Part shown: in pieces, positions 11,278 through 21,851 of the stretch
Position numbering within the stretch: the first letter of the stretch is position 1
How the letters are laid out: each line of letters starts with the position of its first letter
Source of the DNA: an uncultured Gemmatimonadales bacterium
Lineage (GTDB): Bacteria > Gemmatimonadota > Gemmatimonadetes > Longimicrobiales > RSA9
Reading direction: 5' to 3'
DNA length: 64,000 nt
Assembly (NCBI GenBank): GCA_963798845.1
Contig: CAWCUS010000004.1
Location: 64,001 to 128,000 of the forward strand
Notes under the pieces: model-generated
Seen by the model: the letters and a program-made list of their open reading frames with translations, nothing else
Database searches by the model: none
Told to the model about the DNA's origin: nothing
Position numbers and translations under genes: made by a program

Positions 11278-12404
11278 CGGCGCGCATCCTCTTCGCGGGC
11301 GGCGGCACGGGAGGGCACCTGTACCCGGCGCTCAACATTGCCTCGGCCGTGCGTGCGCTGCGGCCCGATGCCGCCACCATGTTCATCGGCGCCCGCCGCG
11401 GGGTGGAGGCGCGGGTCCTTCCCGAACGCGGCGAGCGTCACCGGCTGCTCCCGTTCGAGCCGATCCGGCGGGACCGTCCGTGGCGGAACTGGCGGCTGCT
11501 CCCGTCGATGCTGGGCAGCGTGTGGGGCCTCACGGCCGTGACCACTTCGTTCCGGCCGCAGCTGGTGGTGGGCACCGGCGGGTACGCGAGCGGCCCCGCG
11601 TGCGCCTGGGCGCTGCTCACGGGCGTGCCCATCGCGCTCCAGGAGCAGAACTCCTATCCGGGACTGACGACCCGCCTCCTCAGCCGCTATGCGCGCCAGG
11701 TCCACCTCGGATTCCCCGAGGCGGCCGAGCGGCTGAGTCCCGGCAAGCGCACCGAGATCCGGAACCACGGCAACCCGATCCAGCCGCCGCAGACCGGCAT
11801 GGACCGCGCTGCCGCGCGCGCCGCGTTCGGACTGTCGGCGGACGGGACAGTGGTTCTGGTGGTGGGTGGCAGTCAGGGGGCGAAAGCCATCAACGAAGCG
11901 CTCCTCGGGGCGGTCGAGCGGGTGGCGGCCGGCGAGCTGCAGCGGCCACCGCGGCTGGAGCTCCTGTGGGCGACCGGCCCGGCGCACATCGCCGATGTGC
12001 GCGAGCGGCTCGCGCCCCTGGGAGTGGGCGAGTGGGTGCACGCGCGGGGCTACATCGACGACATGCCGAAGGCGCTGGCCTCCGCCGACGTGGCCGTGTC
12101 CCGCGCGGGCGCCATGGCGACGGCAGAGCTGCTGGCGTGGGGCATCCCGGCGATCCTGGTCCCGCTCCCCACGGCGGCCGCGGACCACCAGACGCACAAC
12201 GCGCGGGCGCTGGACGCTTTCGGCGCCGCGCGAGCGCTACCCGAGTTCCGGGCGACGCCCGAGCGGCTCTGGGGTGACGTGGTGGAGCTGACGGCCGACG
12301 CGGCGCTCCGCGACCGCATGGCCAGGCGCGCACGGCAGCGGGCGAGGCCCGACGCCGCCGAGCGGATCGCCGAAGACCTGCTGCGCATGGTGGAGGGCGA
12401 GTGA
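11274..12404 (+). CDS. murG: Lipid I GlcNAc transferase MurG
   Basis: GGGTGGHLYP, GTGGYAS, EQN, GGSQGA, HQTHNA. Confidence 0.96.
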
Positions 12405-13837
12405 GCACGCGGACGCCGTACCTCACCGCCGCCGAAGCCGCGGAGCTGGACCTGCTGAGCCTGGCGCGCGGCGCTCCGATCCACTTCATGGGCGTGTGCG
12501 GAGCGGGGATGTCCTCGCTGGCCGAGTACGTCCTGCGCGCCGGCGGGCGGGCCACGGGGTGTGACACGCGCCCGACCGGTCTGGCGCCCGCGCTCCGGTC
12601 TCTCGGGATGCGCGTGGCCGAGGGGCACGATCCCGCGCACGTGTCGGACGCTTCCGCGCTGGTGGCCACGGCCGCCGTGCCGGTCGAGCACGCCGAGCTC
12701 CGCGCCGCGAAAGAGCGCGGCATCCCGGTGCTGAAGCGGGCTGCGGCGCTGGGCGCGCTGGTCAACGGCGGTCGAGTCGTGGCAGTCGCGGGGACGCACG
12801 GGAAGACCACCACCACCGCCATGATCGCCACGCTGCTGGCGGACGCGGGGCTGGATCCGACCGCGTTCGTGGGTGGCCGGATCCCGGACTGGGGGGGTGG
12901 ACTGCGCACCGGCGGTGGCCTCTTCGTCGTGGAGGCGGACGAGTACGACCGCTCGTTTCTCGCGCTCCGCCCCGAGCTGGCCGTGGTGACGACGATCGAG
13001 CCGGACCACATGGAGATCTACGGCGACGTGGACGCGCTCTACGACGCCTTCCTCGAATTTCTCGAGCCCGTCCCCGCGGCGGGCCTGATCGCCGTCTGCA
13101 CGGACGACCCGGGCGCCGCGGCGCTCGCGGATCGCCTGCAGGACGATCGCGTGCTTCGGTACGGCCTCGGCCCCGAGGCGACGCTCCGAGCCGATCACGT
13201 GGAGGCGGGGCCGGACGGCACACGCTTCAGGGTGACGCGCGGGGGTGATCCCGTCAACGACTTCGCGCTTGGCGCACCCGGTCGGCACAACGTCCGCAAC
13301 GCCCTCGCCGCGCTGGCCGTGGCCGACCACCTCGGCGTGCCGATGACCGCCGCGCGGGAGGGACTCGCCCGCTTCGGGGGCGTGGAGCGGCGGTTCCAGC
13401 GGCTCGGCGACGCTTCGGGCGTCACCGTGATCGACGACTACGCGCACCACCCGACCGAAGTGGAGGCCACACTGGCGGCGGCGCGTGAGCGGTTCTCCGG
13501 TCGCCGTCTCGTCGCCGTGTTTCAGCCGCATCTCTACAGTCGAACGCGGGATCACTGGCGGGCGTTCGGACGGGCGCTCGCGATTGCCGACGCGGTGTGG
13601 GTGACGGACGTCTACCCGGCGCGCGAGTCGCCGATCGATGGCGTTACCGGCGAGCTGGTGGCCCGCGCTGCCCGCGACACCGGCGCCGCGGTGACCTACC
13701 GGGCGGAGATCGCCGGCCTGGAAGGAGCGCTGGCGACTGCCCTGGTCCCCGGCGATGTCTGCGTGCTCATGGGCGCCGGAGACATCAGCGAGCACGCGCA
13801 CGCGCTGGCCGAGCGGCTGCGGGAGGCAGCGGCGTGA
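12401..13837 (+). CDS. murC: UDP-MurNAc:L-Ala ligase
   Basis: HFMGVCGAGMS, GTHGKTTTT, EADEYD, DDYAHHPTE, FQPH, MGAGD. Confidence 0.96.
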   Translation: MSTRTPYLTAAEAAELDLLSLARGAPIHFMGVCGAGMSSLAEYVLRAGGRATGCDTRPTGLAPALRSLGMRVAEGHDPAHVSDASALVATAAVPVEHAELRAAKERGIPVLKRAAALGALVNGGRVVAVAGTHGKTTTTAMIATLLADAGLDPTAFVGGRIPDWGGGLRTGGGLFVVEADEYDRSFLALRPELAVVTTIEPDHMEIYGDVDALYDAFLEFLEPVPAAGLIAVCTDDPGAAALADRLQDDRVLRYGLGPEATLRADHVEAGPDGTRFRVTRGGDPVNDFALGAPGRHNVRNALAALAVADHLGVPMTAAREGLARFGGVERRFQRLGDASGVTVIDDYAHHPTEVEATLAAARERFSGRRLVAVFQPHLYSRTRDHWRAFGRALAIADAVWVTDVYPARESPIDGVTGELVARAARDTGAAVTYRAEIAGLEGALATALVPGDVCVLMGAGDISEHAHALAERLREAAA

Positions 13838-14586
13838 GCGGCGAGGGCGTGGCGAAGCGGCTCGTCCGCATCGGCGCCGTGGCGGCGGGGCTCGTCCTCT
13901 GCGGCACGCTCCTCTGGCTTGCCCCTCGTGGCCTGCGGAGGGTGGACGCCTTCCGCGTGCAGCGCGTGGAGGTGTCGGGCACGCGCTACGTGGAGCCGTA
14001 CACGGTGGTGAGAGCGGCCGGCATCGACAGCGCCTCGAACGTGTTCGACGACGCGGACGCCTGGCGGGAAGGGTTGCTGCGTCTCCCGCTCGTGCGCGAC
14101 GCCCGGATCCGCCGCCGCCTGCCGGGCACGGTGGTGCTCGAGGTGAGGGAGGTGGCGCCCGTGGCGCTGGTGGCCGCGAACGAGTTGATGGCAGTGGACG
14201 CCGGCGGCCGCATCCTGGAGCTGGACCCCGCCGGCATGTCGCTCGACCTGCCCATCCTGCGTGGCGTCACCATCGCTGACGGGCACCTTGTGGGAGCGCA
14301 GGACACCGCCGCGGTCGCGGCGCTGAACTGGCTCGAGCAGCACGCCCCGGAGTTCGCGAACCACGTGTCCATGATCGAGCTGCGTCCCGGCGCGCTGCGG
14401 GTGCTGTTCCGCGGCGAGCGAGCGGAGGCGCTGCTCCCGCTGGTTCCGAGCGAAGCGCAGCTGAACCAGCTCCGGCTTGCCTACGCGGACCTCGTCGCCC
14501 GCGGCGACCTGCAGGGTGTGCGCCGCATCGACGTCCGCTTCCGCGACCAGGTCGTGGTTTCGTTTCTCTCGAGTCCCGTGAGCTGA
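13834..14586 (+). CDS. ftsQ: Cell division protein FtsQ/DivIB
   Basis: TM helix plus POTRA-like RRRLPGTVVLEVRE and C-terminal IDVRFRDQVVV; position in dcw cluster. Confidence 0.88.
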   Translation: MSGEGVAKRLVRIGAVAAGLVLCGTLLWLAPRGLRRVDAFRVQRVEVSGTRYVEPYTVVRAAGIDSASNVFDDADAWREGLLRLPLVRDARIRRRLPGTVVLEVREVAPVALVAANELMAVDAGGRILELDPAGMSLDLPILRGVTIADGHLVGAQDTAAVAALNWLEQHAPEFANHVSMIELRPGALRVLFRGERAEALLPLVPSEAQLNQLRLAYADLVARGDLQGVRRIDVRFRDQVVVSFLSSPVS

Positions 14587-14588
14587 GC

Positions 14589-15809
14589 ATGAGCACGTTC
14601 GTCGTCGCCGGTCTCGACATCGGCTCCACCAAGACCTGCGCGGTGCTGCTGGAGGTGGCCGCGGAGGAGGGGCGGGCACCCGTGCACCGCATCCTGGGGG
14701 TGGGGCAGTCGCGCACCGGCGGCATCCGTCGCGACGTGGTGACGGACCTGGAAGAGACGACCGAGTCGGTGCGCTCCGCCATGAAGGAGGCGGAGCTCAT
14801 GGCCGGGGTGCGCGCCGATCGCGTCTTCGTCGGGATCGCCGGCAACCACATCGACGCCAACGTCTCCACCGGCGTCGTCGCCGTGGGGGGCGGGGAGATC
14901 GGGCCGGGCGACGTGGAGCGCGTCCACGAGGTCGCACGGGCCGTCGTGGTGCCCAGCGACAGGGAGGTCCTGCACGTCCTGCCCCAGGAATACCGGGTCG
15001 ACGGCCAGGCCGACATCCGCGACCCGGTCGGCATGGCCGGCACCCGGCTGGAGGCGGAGGTCTACATCATCACCTGCGGGGTCACGGCCACCGCCAACCT
15101 GCGCAAGGCCGTGAGCCGCGGGGGCTACAAGGTCGAGGCCTTCGTCCACGAGCCGCTGGCGGACGCCCGGGCCGTGCTGGCGGAGGATGAGCGGGAAGTG
15201 GGCGTCGCCCTGATCGACCTCGGCGCCGGCACCACCGAGCTGGCCGTTTTCCGCGACAACAAGACGGCTCACCTGGCCACGATCCCCTGGGGGAGCGCGG
15301 CCATCACGAACGACCTGGTCAAGGGCCTGTCGATCCCCTTCGCCGAAGCGGAGCGGGCCAAGGAGCAGCACGGCGTTGCGTCGGCGCAGCTGGTCGACCC
15401 CCGCGAGACCGTCGACCTCCCGGGGCCGAATCCAGGCACCCGACGCGAGGTCGCCCGTGAGCTCATCGCGCACATCATCGAGCAGCGGCTCGACGAGATC
15501 CTGGAGCTCGTCTCCACGGAGCTGGAGCGGGCCGGAGAGGCGGAGGAGCTGGGCGCGGGGGTGGTCCTGACGGGAGGCGGCTCAGAGCTGATTGGAGCGG
15601 TGGATCTGGCCCACCACGTGTTCGGCATGCCGGCACGGGTGGGGATGCCCGGAAGCGGCCTGGGCGGGCTCGCCGACGCAGTGCGCAAGCCCCGCTTCGC
15701 CACGGCCACGGGCCTGGCGCTGTTCGGGGTGGAATCGCGCCTCGCGACGGGCGGAGGGATGCCGGGGATGGTGGGGCAGGTACTGGCATGGCTGCGGGAG
15801 TTCTTCTGA
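14589..15809 (+). CDS. ftsA: Cell division protein FtsA
   Basis: GLDIGSTK, DLGAGTT, VVLTGGG, C-terminal amphipathic WLREFF. Confidence 0.97.
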   Translation: MSTFVVAGLDIGSTKTCAVLLEVAAEEGRAPVHRILGVGQSRTGGIRRDVVTDLEETTESVRSAMKEAELMAGVRADRVFVGIAGNHIDANVSTGVVAVGGGEIGPGDVERVHEVARAVVVPSDREVLHVLPQEYRVDGQADIRDPVGMAGTRLEAEVYIITCGVTATANLRKAVSRGGYKVEAFVHEPLADARAVLAEDEREVGVALIDLGAGTTELAVFRDNKTAHLATIPWGSAAITNDLVKGLSIPFAEAERAKEQHGVASAQLVDPRETVDLPGPNPGTRREVARELIAHIIEQRLDEILELVSTELERAGEAEELGAGVVLTGGGSELIGAVDLAHHVFGMPARVGMPGSGLGGLADAVRKPRFATATGLALFGVESRLATGGGMPGMVGQVLAWLREFF

Positions 15810-16023
15810 TGGCCGGGCGCGCGGCGTCGCGGCGGGAGCGAAGCGGAGTGGGGGTGTGGGAACGGGAGCACGCTACGGAGGGGGCGACCTCTTTCGGAAT
15901 AGATGGGCGGGGCGGCGTCGAGCGCCGTCGCCCGACGGGGCGAGATGAGCACGGGACCGAGTGTACACGAGGGGCCGCGAGCGACGAAGCCGGGCTCCCC
16001 AGGCACCCAAGGGAGGACTGACG

Positions 16024-17343
16024 ATGATGATCTTCGAGTTCGAGGAAGCGGCGGCGCAGAACGCGCGAATGAAGGTCGTCGGGGTGGGCGGAGGCGGTGG
16101 CAACGCCGTGAACCGGATGATCGACGAGGATCTGGAGGGGGTGGAGTTCATCAGCGTCAACACGGATGCGCAGGCGCTGAAGCACTCGAAGTCCCAGCTC
16201 AAGATCCAGATCGGCAAGAAGCTCACGCGCGGCCTGGGTGCGGGCGCTCGTCCGGAGATCGGGCGCCAGGCGATCGAGGAGAGCCGGGACGAGCTGCGCC
16301 GGGTAGTGGAGGGTGCCGACCTGGTGTTCGTTACGGCTGGCATGGGTGGCGGGACCGGGACGGGTGCGGCGCCGATCATCGCCGAGATGGCGCGGGAGAT
16401 GGGGGCGCTCACCATCGGGGTGGTGACCCGGCCGTTCCTGTTCGAGGGGAAGAAGCGGATGCGCCAGGCGGAGCAGGGGCTGGCGGAGCTGCGCCGGACG
16501 GCGGACACGGTGATCGTGGTGCCGAACGAGCGGCTGCTCAGCGTGGTGGGGAAGGGGACGTCCTTCCGGGACGCGTTGAAGAAGGCGGATGAGGTGCTGC
16601 TGCACGCGACGCGCGGGATCAGCGATCTGATCCACGTGACCGGCGAGGTGAACGTGGACTTCGCCGACGTGCGGACGGTCATGGCGAGCCGCGGTCCCGC
16701 GCTCATGGGGACGGGCTACGGCCAGGGCGAGAACCGGGCCGTGGATGCCGCGCAGGAGGCGATCTCCAGCCCGCTGCTGGACAACGTCTCGATCAACGGC
16801 GCGCAGGGCGTCCTGATCAACATCACGGGCGGGATGGACCTGACCATCGACGAGGTCACGACGATCGCGTCGATCATCCAGGAGGGGGCGGGCGAGGACG
16901 CGGAGATCATCTTCGGCGCAGTGCACGCGCCGGACCTGGAGGGCGAGGTCCACGTCACGGTGATCGCGACGGGCCTGGTGACGGAGGAGGAGCGGGTCAA
17001 CGGAATCATCCGCCCATCCTTGGGGCGCGAGCGCAGCCTGGCCGGTGCGGCTGCGGGCTACGGCGGAGGCGCGTTCGCTGTGGCCGGCGGCGGCTACGGC
17101 AACGGCCATCAGACGTCGATGTCGATGGCGGCCGGCGGCTTCGGCCGCGAGCCGCGGGACACGCGCGATGGTCGTCCGCAGCGCGAGCGTCCGGCACCGC
17201 AGCCGTCGGCGCCGCGGCCGGAGTCGGTCGATGGCGGGTTCGTGGAAACGCTGCCGTTCCCGCGTCCGCCGGAGCGACCCCTTGCCAAACACGATCTCTC
17301 TGACCTAGACATTCCTACATTCATTCGTCGGCAAATGGACTGA
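16024..17343 (+). CDS. ftsZ: Cell division protein FtsZ
   Basis: [26 protein letters not shown]-terminal [16 protein letters not shown] upstream. Confidence 0.99.
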   Translation: MMIFEFEEAAAQNARMKVVGVGGGGGNAVNRMIDEDLEGVEFISVNTDAQALKHSKSQLKIQIGKKLTRGLGAGARPEIGRQAIEESRDELRRVVEGADLVFVTAGMGGGTGTGAAPIIAEMAREMGALTIGVVTRPFLFEGKKRMRQAEQGLAELRRTADTVIVVPNERLLSVVGKGTSFRDALKKADEVLLHATRGISDLIHVTGEVNVDFADVRTVMASRGPALMGTGYGQGENRAVDAAQEAISSPLLDNVSINGAQGVLINITGGMDLTIDEVTTIASIIQEGAGEDAEIIFGAVHAPDLEGEVHVTVIATGLVTEEERVNGIIRPSLGRERSLAGAAAGYGGGAFAVAGGGYGNGHQTSMSMAAGGFGREPRDTRDGRPQRERPAPQPSAPRPESVDGGFVETLPFPRPPERPLAKHDLSDLDIPTFIRRQMD

Positions 17344-17367
17344 CCTCCCCGGGGATACGGAGTATTG

Positions 17368-18675
17368 ATGAGGATACGCATCCGAGCACTGCTGCTCGGG
17401 GGGATCGGATTGCTGGGCGCCGGCTTCGCGGTCGCGCGTCCTTCCCCGGCGGCAGACCCGGCCATCATGGCCCCGAGGTTGGCGGTGATGGACGCCCCGG
17501 CGGCCGAGCTGATCGACACGCAGATCGTCCAGAGCGGCGAAACGCTGTCGGAGGTCTTCGGCCGATTCGGTTTGACGGCGGATCTCCCCGAGCTGCTGCT
17601 TGCAGTCCGTGAGCAGCTGGACCCGCGCCGCGTGCGCGCCAACACGCCCGTGGTGGTGCACCGCACCGCGGACGACCACGGCCTTCGCGCCGTCGACGTA
17701 CGTGTGAACGCGGACAGCACGGTGCGGCTCGAGCCCGGTCCGACCGGCTGGACCGGCCGCATGCTGCTGACGCCCGTGGAGGTGGACACGGTGACGGTGG
17801 CGGGGGTTCTGGGCGAGGGCGGCAGCATCTACTCTGCCCTGGTGAACCACCCGGGGCTGGACCTGCCGCTGCAGGTGCGGGAGGGGATGGTCTGGGATCT
17901 CGCCCATATCTACGGCTGGGAGATCGATTTCGCGCACGACATGCGGCCGGGCGACGCCTTCCGGGTGGTCTTCGAGCGGGAAGCCAGGCCGGACGGAACG
18001 TCGCGGGCGTCGCGGGTTCTCGTGGCCGAGATCCGCAGCCACGACCGCCAGCTCGAGGCCATCCACTTCGACCCGCGCGGTGACGGTGGCGACTACTACC
18101 GTCCCGACGGCCAGTCGCTACGGCTGGCGTTCCTCCGCTACCCCGTGGACTTTCCGCGCATCACGTCCAACTTCTCCTGGAACCGCTATCACCCGGTGCT
18201 GCAGCGGTCGCGCCCCCATCTGGGCACCGACTTCGGCGCGGCCCGCGGCACACCGGTGAAGAGCACGGCGGATGGCACCGTGGCGTACGCGGCCTGGGAG
18301 GGCGGGTACGGCAACCTGGTTCGGATCAACCACGGCAACGGGTACGAGACCCGATACGGTCACCTGAACCGATTCGCCAAGGGGATCCGCAGAGGCGCCA
18401 GGGTGAAGCAGGGGCAGGTCATTGGGTACGCCGGCTCCACCGGTCTCGCCACCGGTCCGCACGTGCACTACGAGATGCGGCTGGCCGGCCGCCCGACGGA
18501 TCCCCGCAAGGTCCGTCTCCCGTCTGCGCCCGCGGTCTCGAAGCAGGACATGGCCGAGTTCGAGGAGCTGGTGGCCGACCGCGCGCGGCTTCTGGCCGCG
18601 CTCCCGTTCCCGGACGAGGACGGCGCCACGCTGGCTGCCGCCGACACCACTCCCGGCGCCGTCTCCACGGACTGA
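17368..18675 (+). CDS. M23 family peptidoglycan metallo-endopeptidase (MepM/Csd3-like)
   Basis: N-terminal signal or TM; HLGTD (HxxxD), YGHL, GPHVHYE (HxH). Confidence 0.92.
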   Translation: MRIRIRALLLGGIGLLGAGFAVARPSPAADPAIMAPRLAVMDAPAAELIDTQIVQSGETLSEVFGRFGLTADLPELLLAVREQLDPRRVRANTPVVVHRTADDHGLRAVDVRVNADSTVRLEPGPTGWTGRMLLTPVEVDTVTVAGVLGEGGSIYSALVNHPGLDLPLQVREGMVWDLAHIYGWEIDFAHDMRPGDAFRVVFEREARPDGTSRASRVLVAEIRSHDRQLEAIHFDPRGDGGDYYRPDGQSLRLAFLRYPVDFPRITSNFSWNRYHPVLQRSRPHLGTDFGAARGTPVKSTADGTVAYAAWEGGYGNLVRINHGNGYETRYGHLNRFAKGIRRGARVKQGQVIGYAGSTGLATGPHVHYEMRLAGRPTDPRKVRLPSAPAVSKQDMAEFEELVADRARLLAALPFPDEDGATLAAADTTPGAVSTD

Positions 18676-18759
18676 CCGGCCACCCCGTCCCCGCCAGGCC
18701 GGGGCGCCGCCGCCACCCACTGGCGTGCGACGCCCCGGATACGCACGTTCCCGTCCCGA

Positions 18760-20853
18760 ATGACCATGGACCGCGGCGCCTGGATCCTGTACGCCTTCAT
18801 CGTGGCGTGCATCACCGCGCTTTCGCTGCTGCACTACCGCACGCGGGAGCCGCGCGGTCCGGGTCGTGAGGTCCTGGCGCTGTTGCGTGCTGCAGCGCTG
18901 GCCCTGCTCACGCTGCTCCTGTTCGATCCCGCGATCGCGGCGGGGGCGGGGCGACGAGGCGGGAAGGTGGCCCTTCTGGACGGCTCCCTGAGCATGAGCC
19001 TGCCCGCCGGCCCCGGGACCCGCTGGAGCGAGGCGGTGGCGGTGGCGGATTCGATGGGCGCCGACCGCGTGCTGCTTTTCGGCGCGGACGTGCGATTGGC
19101 CGCCCGGGATCTGCCTGTTGCCGCTCCCGGGGACAGCGCGACGAGGCTCGCGCCGGCCGTTCGGGGTGCGGTCGAGGCGGGGGCCTCACAGGTGCTGGTG
19201 ATCACCGACGGCGGGATCGAGGACGCGGCGGAGGCCCGGCAGATCGCGGAAGACGCCGGGGCGGCGCTGGAGTTCCGACAGGTCGGCGGTGACACGCGGG
19301 GGAACCTCGGGGTGACCGACGTGACGGCGCCCGGGTGGCTCCGCGCGGGCGAACGCGGCACGGTGCAGGTCCGGGTCGCCGCGGTGGGCAGGCCGCTCCC
19401 GGACAGCGTGACCGTTCGCCTTCTCCGGGCGGGAAATGAGCTTGCCCGGGCGACGGTCCGTGCTCCGGCTCCCGGTCGCGGAGCCACCGTGACCCTCCCG
19501 TTCACGGCCCCTTCCGATGGCGGCTCCGCGCCGGTTCGGCTGGACGTGGCGTTGGAGGGTGGGGGGAGCATGGCGGCCGACGACCGGCGGCCCGTGTACG
19601 TGCGCGTCAGCGAGGAGCCCGCGGGGGTGGTGTTGGTGAGCCTCCGCCCCGGCGAGGAGCCGCGCTTCCTGATGCCCGTGCTCCAGCAGGCGCTGGGAGT
19701 GCCGGTTCGCGGCTGGCTCGCGCTGCGGGGTGGCCGCTACATCCGCCTGGGTGTCGGCAGGGAAGCCGGCGCCGTGGATGACGAAGCCACGGTCCGGCGG
19801 GCACTGGGATCGGCCGACATGATCGTCCTGGACGGCATGACGATGGACGCTCCGGCCTGGGTGCGCGCACAGGCGGACGCGGCGAACCGCCTCCTGCTCT
19901 TCCCGGCCGGTCCGCTCACGATCGCAGGCGTGGCACTGCGGGGCGCGGTGCCGGGCGACTGGTACCCTGCGGACTCGGTCCCGCCGTCGCCCGTGGCGGG
20001 GCTGCTGGCGGGCGTGGCGGCTGCGGACGCACCGCCGCTTCCGGTGGTGTACCCCGCGTCCGCGCCGCGGGGCTTCTGGGCCCCGCTCGCGGCCAGGGAA
20101 TCGCGACGGGGCGATGCCCGTCCCGTGCTCATCGCCGGTCTGACGGACGACGGCCGACGCGTGGCGGTGGCCCTCGGCGACGGGTACTGGCGCTGGGCTT
20201 TCGATGAGGGGACTGCGCGCGCCCTGTACCAGCGGCTCTGGGCCGGAATCGGTGCGTGGATGATGGAGGGGGCGGGCCCGCAGGCGGGAGACGAGGTGAG
20301 GCCCGAGCCGAGAGCGGTCCCGCGATCCGCCACGGTCCGGTGGAGGGTCCCGGCCGCGGCGGACTCGCTTCGACTGGTGATCGAGCGCCGGGACACGGCC
20401 GGTGCGGACGCAGTGGGCCCGGGTCCTGGCGCTGCGCCCGCAGACAGTGGCGCGGCCGGCATGCGGGTGGACACCGTCGTACCGGTCAGCGCGGGTCTCG
20501 CCATGTCGGCGCCGCTGCCACCGGGCGAGTACGTGTACCGCGCCGAGGTGCGATTGTCGGCAGGTGAGGGAGCCGGGGCCGAACCGGCCGGAGGGGGCGC
20601 TGCGGTGCGGGCAGGTGCGGCAGCTGCGGTCGCGCGGGGCTCGGGTGAGCTGGCGGTGGAGTCGTACGCGCCGGAGCTCACGCGTGCATCGGTAGCGGCA
20701 GCGGAGTTGTCCGCGGAACCAGGCGGTCGTGCCGGTGAACAAGGTGGAGCGGCGAGCGGCCGACCGCTGCATGCGTCGCCCTGGCCGTACGTCGCCCTCG
20801 TGCTGCTGTTGAGCGTGGAGTGGGTGCTGCGCAGGCGCTGGGGACTGCGCTGA
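18760..20853 (+). CDS. Membrane-anchored protein with vWA-like domain and Ig-like region
   Basis: Two N-terminal TM helices, DGSLSM (DxSxS) and ITDG motifs, C-terminal TM ending EWVLRRRWGL. Confidence 0.7.
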   Translation: MTMDRGAWILYAFIVACITALSLLHYRTREPRGPGREVLALLRAAALALLTLLLFDPAIAAGAGRRGGKVALLDGSLSMSLPAGPGTRWSEAVAVADSMGADRVLLFGADVRLAARDLPVAAPGDSATRLAPAVRGAVEAGASQVLVITDGGIEDAAEARQIAEDAGAALEFRQVGGDTRGNLGVTDVTAPGWLRAGERGTVQVRVAAVGRPLPDSVTVRLLRAGNELARATVRAPAPGRGATVTLPFTAPSDGGSAPVRLDVALEGGGSMAADDRRPVYVRVSEEPAGVVLVSLRPGEEPRFLMPVLQQALGVPVRGWLALRGGRYIRLGVGREAGAVDDEATVRRALGSADMIVLDGMTMDAPAWVRAQADAANRLLLFPAGPLTIAGVALRGAVPGDWYPADSVPPSPVAGLLAGVAAADAPPLPVVYPASAPRGFWAPLAARESRRGDARPVLIAGLTDDGRRVAVALGDGYWRWAFDEGTARALYQRLWAGIGAWMMEGAGPQAGDEVRPEPRAVPRSATVRWRVPAAADSLRLVIERRDTAGADAVGPGPGAAPADSGAAGMRVDTVVPVSAGLAMSAPLPPGEYVYRAEVRLSAGEGAGAEPAGGGAAVRAGAAAAVARGSGELAVESYAPELTRASVAAAELSAEPGGRAGEQGGAASGRPLHASPWPYVALVLLLSVEWVLRRRWGLR

Positions 20854-20884
20854 TCGGGGATGGGGAGAACCGAAGGGGACGGAC

Positions 20885-21820
20885 GTGGCGAAGTCTAGAC
20901 TGTTCAGGACGAGTGAAGAGAAGAAGTCGCTCTGGCAGCGCGTGAAGGAGATCGCGCTGACGGATGTGGGCGTGGTGATGAGCGGGGGGCTGGACCACGA
21001 CGCGCTGGAACGCCTCGAGGACCTTCTCCTCGGGAGCGATTTCGGCGTCAAGGCGACGCTCCGGCTGGTGGACCACGTGGAGGACCTCACCCGCACCGGC
21101 AAGGTGAAGACGGAGGCGGAGTTCCGGCGTGCGGTGGAAGCCGAGATCAAGCGCATCCTCGACGCCGGCGGGGTGGATCGCGCGCTTCACCTCCCGCCGC
21201 CCGGTGAGCTGGCGGTCGTGCTCGTGGTGGGCGTCAACGGGGTGGGGAAGACCACCAGCATCGGCAAGCTGGCACACCGCCTCGGGCGACAGCGTCGGCG
21301 AGTGCTGCTGGCGGCCGGCGACACGTTCCGGGCCGGCGCCATCGAGCAGCTCCGGATCTGGGCCGAGCGCACGCGCTCCGAGTTCGTGGGCGCGCAGCCG
21401 GGCGCCGACCCGGCCTCTGTCGCGTTCGACGCCGTGGACGCGGCCCGCAACCGCAGCTGCGACACCGTCATCGTGGACACGGCGGGGCGACTCCACACGC
21501 AGGGGGACCTGATGCAGGAGCTGTCGAAGGTCGGCCGGGTGATGGGCCGGAAGGTGGAGGGTGCTCCGCACGAGACGCTGCTCGTGCTGGATGCCACGGT
21601 GGGGCAGAACGCGTTGCGCCAGGCCGAGGAGTTCAATCGCTCCCTCGAGCTGAGCGGCCTGGTCCTGGCCAAGCTGGACAGCACCGCCAAGGGCGGGGTG
21701 GTGGTGGCGCTGCAGGAGGAGTTCCATCTCCCCGTGAAGCTCGTAGGAACGGGTGAGGCGATCGGCGACCTCGAGCCGTTCGACCCGGACGCGTTCAGTC
21801 GCCAGGTCCTGGAGGGATGA
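20885..21820 (+). CDS. ftsY: SRP receptor FtsY (NG domain, no long acidic N-terminus)
   Basis: GVNGVGKTTSIGKLA, DTFRAGA, DTAGR, AKLDSTAKGG. Confidence 0.96.
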   Translation: MAKSRLFRTSEEKKSLWQRVKEIALTDVGVVMSGGLDHDALERLEDLLLGSDFGVKATLRLVDHVEDLTRTGKVKTEAEFRRAVEAEIKRILDAGGVDRALHLPPPGELAVVLVVGVNGVGKTTSIGKLAHRLGRQRRRVLLAAGDTFRAGAIEQLRIWAERTRSEFVGAQPGADPASVAFDAVDAARNRSCDTVIVDTAGRLHTQGDLMQELSKVGRVMGRKVEGAPHETLLVLDATVGQNALRQAEEFNRSLELSGLVLAKLDSTAKGGVVVALQEEFHLPVKLVGTGEAIGDLEPFDPDAFSRQVLEG

Positions 21821-21851
21821 CGAGGCCGGACACCGGAGACACCGAGGCGGG

